From Candidatus Aegiribacteria sp. (lineage in GTDB: Bacteria > Fermentibacterota > Fermentibacteria > Fermentibacterales > JCC-6): a DNA stretch of 64,000 bases. Shown here one piece after another: positions 61,590 through 64,000 of the stretch (its first letter is position 1; each line of letters begins with the position of its first letter). The notes beneath the pieces are model-generated. The model saw only the letters and a list, made by a program, of their open reading frames with translations. It was not told where the DNA came from and did no database searches. Where the stretch lies: NCBI GenBank assembly GCA_046498225.1, contig JAWOBF010000059.1, forward strand, positions 8,900 to 72,899, given 5' to 3'. Position numbers and translations under genes: made by a program.

Positions 61590-63769
61590 GAAGGCTCATA
61601 CTCAGGGCTGTGGACTGGACCTCATCCATCGAAGCTTCCGGAGCGCAGCTTGCCGGGCTGTTCGCGGCCACGGTGATACTGCGGAACCTGCTGGAATCCA
61701 TTTCCGCGGGTCTTCTGTTCCCGGCCCCGGCCTTCGTCTTCCATTTCCCCATAGCCTACGTTTTCCCCATGCTGGGCCTTACCGCCCTTATGCACATGCT
61801 TTCAGGCTACCCGCTCCGCAGGCTGCTTCAGCTGATGGTCTTCGCCTGGACCCTTACCCTTCTTCCGCCCCTTCTGGATTTCCTTCTGGGCTCTTCCGCC
61901 GCCATAGGGTACTTCCCGCTGGACAGGAGCAACGCGTCCTTCTTCCTGCTCAACTTCTTCAATCCAGCCGTCGAACTCCAGGGAACCACCGCCGGCATCA
62001 GGATAGAGGCGGCCATAGGCTGCGTCCTGGCGGGTCTTTTCTCGTGGGCCGTGGCGGACGACAGAAGGATGGCCAGAGGAATCGGCACCACGGTCCTTTT
62101 CGCCCCCGTCTTCCTGATGTTCTTCACCTGGCCCAGTCTCGTCTACGTTCTGACCATGGACCTGTTCCCCTACGCGGGGACCCTGCAGGAGTACTACCAG
62201 TGGCACGCGGCCACCGCTCCCCACCTTACCGGATCTCTTCACTACACGGTCTTCCTGGTGGACCTGATCCCGGTTACGCTTATCCTGGCATGGTTCCACA
62301 GCAGGCTCGACCCGGAGGGGTGGCGACGGACGTACCGTTCCGCCGGGCAGAATGTCTGGACCCTTGCGGCTCCCCTGGCGGGTACCGCATGGTTCCTCTC
62401 CTCCTCACGGGGAATACTGACGTTCGCCGACGCGGTTTCCATGACGGGAGCCCTGCTGGCGGCGGTACTGATCCTCCTCTCCCGTCACGCCGGTACAGCT
62501 GCCAGGAACACCATGTGGGGAATATCCATACTGGCGGCCCTGGCGGTGGGATGGTCCACGGCTGCCCTGGCGATGCTCTGCATATCAGTGCTTATGCTGC
62601 CGGGCCCTCGAATCGTGTCCGCCTGCCTTTCAGGCGTGGCGGCATTTCTGGTGGCATCCAGCCCGGCGGGTCTGTCCTGGGGCGTTCTCTCCATTCCGGT
62701 CATGGCGCTGTGCGCCCTTGCCGCGGTGAGCCGTTCCCGGCCGGCCGCGGCGGCGGGAGTTCTGGCCGTGGCCGCCGCTCTGGTCCTGCGGCCGCCCCCC
62801 CCCACATCGTATACGCAGTATCACAGGTGGCTGAACCTGGACATAAGCAGGAACGGCAGGCTGGATTTCACTCTTCCGGCAGCCAGGGAAACCGCCGCTT
62901 CCGGCGGGGACATGCTCAGCCTGGCCAAGGCGGAATTCGAGGAGGGCAACCCCGACCGGGCCGACTGGTGCTACCGCATGGCGCTCAGCCGGGGAGCTGA
63001 TTCCCCGGACGTGTACAGGCTGGGGCTGAAACTCGCGCTGTCACGGGGAATGGAGGACGAGTACGATGAACTGATGTCTCATGTCCTGTCAGACCCGGAG
63101 CTCATGGAAAAAATCGATGTCGGCGGTGTCATGGTCAGCAGGGCGACCATGGACAGCGACACGCTGTTCATCCGAAGAATAATGGAACTTGGCGGTCCCT
63201 CCCCCCAGCTGTACCGCGCCTTCTCCACAGCCTGCGCCGGAAGCGGGGACCACGGGAGGGCGGAGCGGTACGCCAGGGCCGCCTTGTCCCATCCCCGGGC
63301 GGGGGCGGGGGAGTACGCCTGGGCCGTACACGTAGCCGCAAGCACGGGCGGTGATTACGATTCGCTCTTCCTGAGGGGAATGGAAAGGTTCCCCGGCTCG
63401 GTGGAGATAATGGAGGCCAGGCTGAAGGCCCCCCTGACGGCCGGCCGGCCTCCGGACAGGGAAGATCTTCTGCTGGAGTGTCTGGCCCTTGCCCCGGCGT
63501 CCCCGGGGATACTAAGGACGGCGGCGCTCTGGTACGCGAGCGCCGGCAGGCCCGTAGAAGCGCTGGAGTACGCGGAACGGGCCATAGCGGCCGTGAACCA
63601 TCCCGACCTCGCCCTGCTGCGCCTCGCGTGCCGTACTGCATACGCCGCCGGTGACAGTTCCCGGTCGGCCGCCCACGCCCTCTACGGCCTGAAACTTGAA
63701 CCGGACAATGCATGGTTCCTGGAGTTCCTTGAAACGGTACAGGGACCTTCCGGGTCCTCCCCCCGATGA
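61586..63769 (+). CDS. Polytopic membrane protein (about 12 TM, N-terminal 400 aa) with a C-terminal TPR-like repeat domain, function unknown
   Basis: Hydrophobic helices to about aa 400, then Ala/Arg-rich helical repeats (AEFEEGNPDRADWCYRMALSRG..., ALEYAERAIAAVNHPD...). Confidence 0.65.
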   Translation: MRRLILRAVDWTSSIEASGAQLAGLFAATVILRNLLESISAGLLFPAPAFVFHFPIAYVFPMLGLTALMHMLSGYPLRRLLQLMVFAWTLTLLPPLLDFLLGSSAAIGYFPLDRSNASFFLLNFFNPAVELQGTTAGIRIEAAIGCVLAGLFSWAVADDRRMARGIGTTVLFAPVFLMFFTWPSLVYVLTMDLFPYAGTLQEYYQWHAATAPHLTGSLHYTVFLVDLIPVTLILAWFHSRLDPEGWRRTYRSAGQNVWTLAAPLAGTAWFLSSSRGILTFADAVSMTGALLAAVLILLSRHAGTAARNTMWGISILAALAVGWSTAALAMLCISVLMLPGPRIVSACLSGVAAFLVASSPAGLSWGVLSIPVMALCALAAVSRSRPAAAAGVLAVAAALVLRPPPPTSYTQYHRWLNLDISRNGRLDFTLPAARETAASGGDMLSLAKAEFEEGNPDRADWCYRMALSRGADSPDVYRLGLKLALSRGMEDEYDELMSHVLSDPELMEKIDVGGVMVSRATMDSDTLFIRRIMELGGPSPQLYRAFSTACAGSGDHGRAERYARAALSHPRAGAGEYAWAVHVAASTGGDYDSLFLRGMERFPGSVEIMEARLKAPLTAGRPPDREDLLLECLALAPASPGILRTAALWYASAGRPVEALEYAERAIAAVNHPDLALLRLACRTAYAAGDSSRSAAHALYGLKLEPDNAWFLEFLETVQGPSGSSPR

Positions 63770-63770
63770 A

Positions 63771-64000
63771 GTGAACCGCTCACACTTCGCGCTCTTCGCG
63801 CTTGCCTTGTCCGTCTTCATTGGCGGGCTGGCGCTCATTTCCGGTCCCGGGTCCTTCGATTTCATCGATGGGACCGAGTTCGTCATCTGCGGAAGGAGCC
63901 TTCAGCTGCCTCATCCGCCGGGATACCCCCTGTACATATTCTTCCTCAGGGTATTCGCCCTCGCGGCCCCCTGCGCCAGGCTGGACTACTCCTGCTTCCG
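63771..64000 (+). CDS. DUF2723-like (GT-C-type, protein O-mannosyltransferase-like) membrane protein, 5' fragment running off the window
   Basis: My own translation from GTG 63771 gives VNRSHFALFALALSVFIGGLALISGPGSFDFIDGTEFVICGRSLQLPHPPGYPLYIFFLRVF. The D.(T)EF...HPPGYPLY pattern is characteristic of DUF2723 N-termini (from memory). Confidence 0.5.
   Translation, partial: MNRSHFALFALALSVFIGGLALISGPGSFDFIDGTEFVICGRSLQLPHPPGYPLYIFFLRVFALAAPCARLDYSCF

Noticed and set aside
1-64000. A window-wide look for CRISPR arrays, rRNA/tRNA genes, IS elements, integrases, phage or plasmid genes, toxin-antitoxin pairs and known defence-system signatures.
   Set aside because: No regularly spaced direct repeats, no transposase/integrase/recombinase motifs and no long non-coding stretches were found. 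The largest spacer is 249 bp, and essentially all sequence is accounted for by the CDS listed. The only large-scale DNA repeat seen is the tandem protease duplication.

Overview
This is a GC-rich (about 60% by eye), very gene-dense 64-kb chromosomal segment from a diderm bacterium. Lineage clues are T9SS-type C-terminal sorting domains, sigma-54, compact ParC/ParE and a Kdo/Lpt LPS cluster. These point to an uncultivated FCB-superphylum-like organism, but that is inference only. I call 59 CDS. Two run off the window edges, and one of those, the M14 peptidase at 1..1739, is absent from the ORF track because it has no stop in the window. I found no rRNA, tRNA, CRISPR array, transposase, integrase or phage gene, so the region looks core-like rather than a mobile island.

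Main blocks:
- M14 peptidase, long-form urocanase and a porin.
- A HydG-like radical-SAM gene with an Mrp Fe-S carrier.
- cysC, an MFS transporter and purC.
- parE-parC.
- A PP-loop amidotransferase, an acyl-CoA ligase and a PEGA-FGE protein.
- tldD-pmbA.
- A 13-gene co-directional string (37143 to 23894, minus strand). It runs: membrane protein, ruvX, mltG, coiled-coil protein, SPFH/Zn-ribbon protein, acyl-AMP ligase with a chorismate-mutase-like tail, DAHP synthase, pfk, gap, pgk, tpiA, a GT4 and a CPBP protease.
- M42 peptidase, a caspase-fold protein, a short alaS, a GNAT and an alpha-oxoamine synthase, with a divergent SDR.
- An 11-gene string (57101 to 46973): beta-CASP RNase, OMP, kdsB, kdsA, kdsC, kdsD, lpxL, lptC, lptA, lptB, rpoN.
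- Two tandem HExxH proteases with T9SS CTDs, followed by a lipoprotein, a polytopic TPR protein and a DUF2723-like GT-C gene.

Most interesting candidates:
- The ligase::degenerate chorismate-mutase fusion coupled to DAHP synthase.
- The tandem T9SS metalloprotease module with its unknown membrane/TPR genes.
- The Spt/GNAT/SDR triad, a putative ceramide module.
- The SPFH-triple-Zn-ribbon gene with a coiled-coil partner.
- The orphan HydG-like gene with a shifted Cys motif.

All functional calls come from motif recognition by eye. No database search was run.
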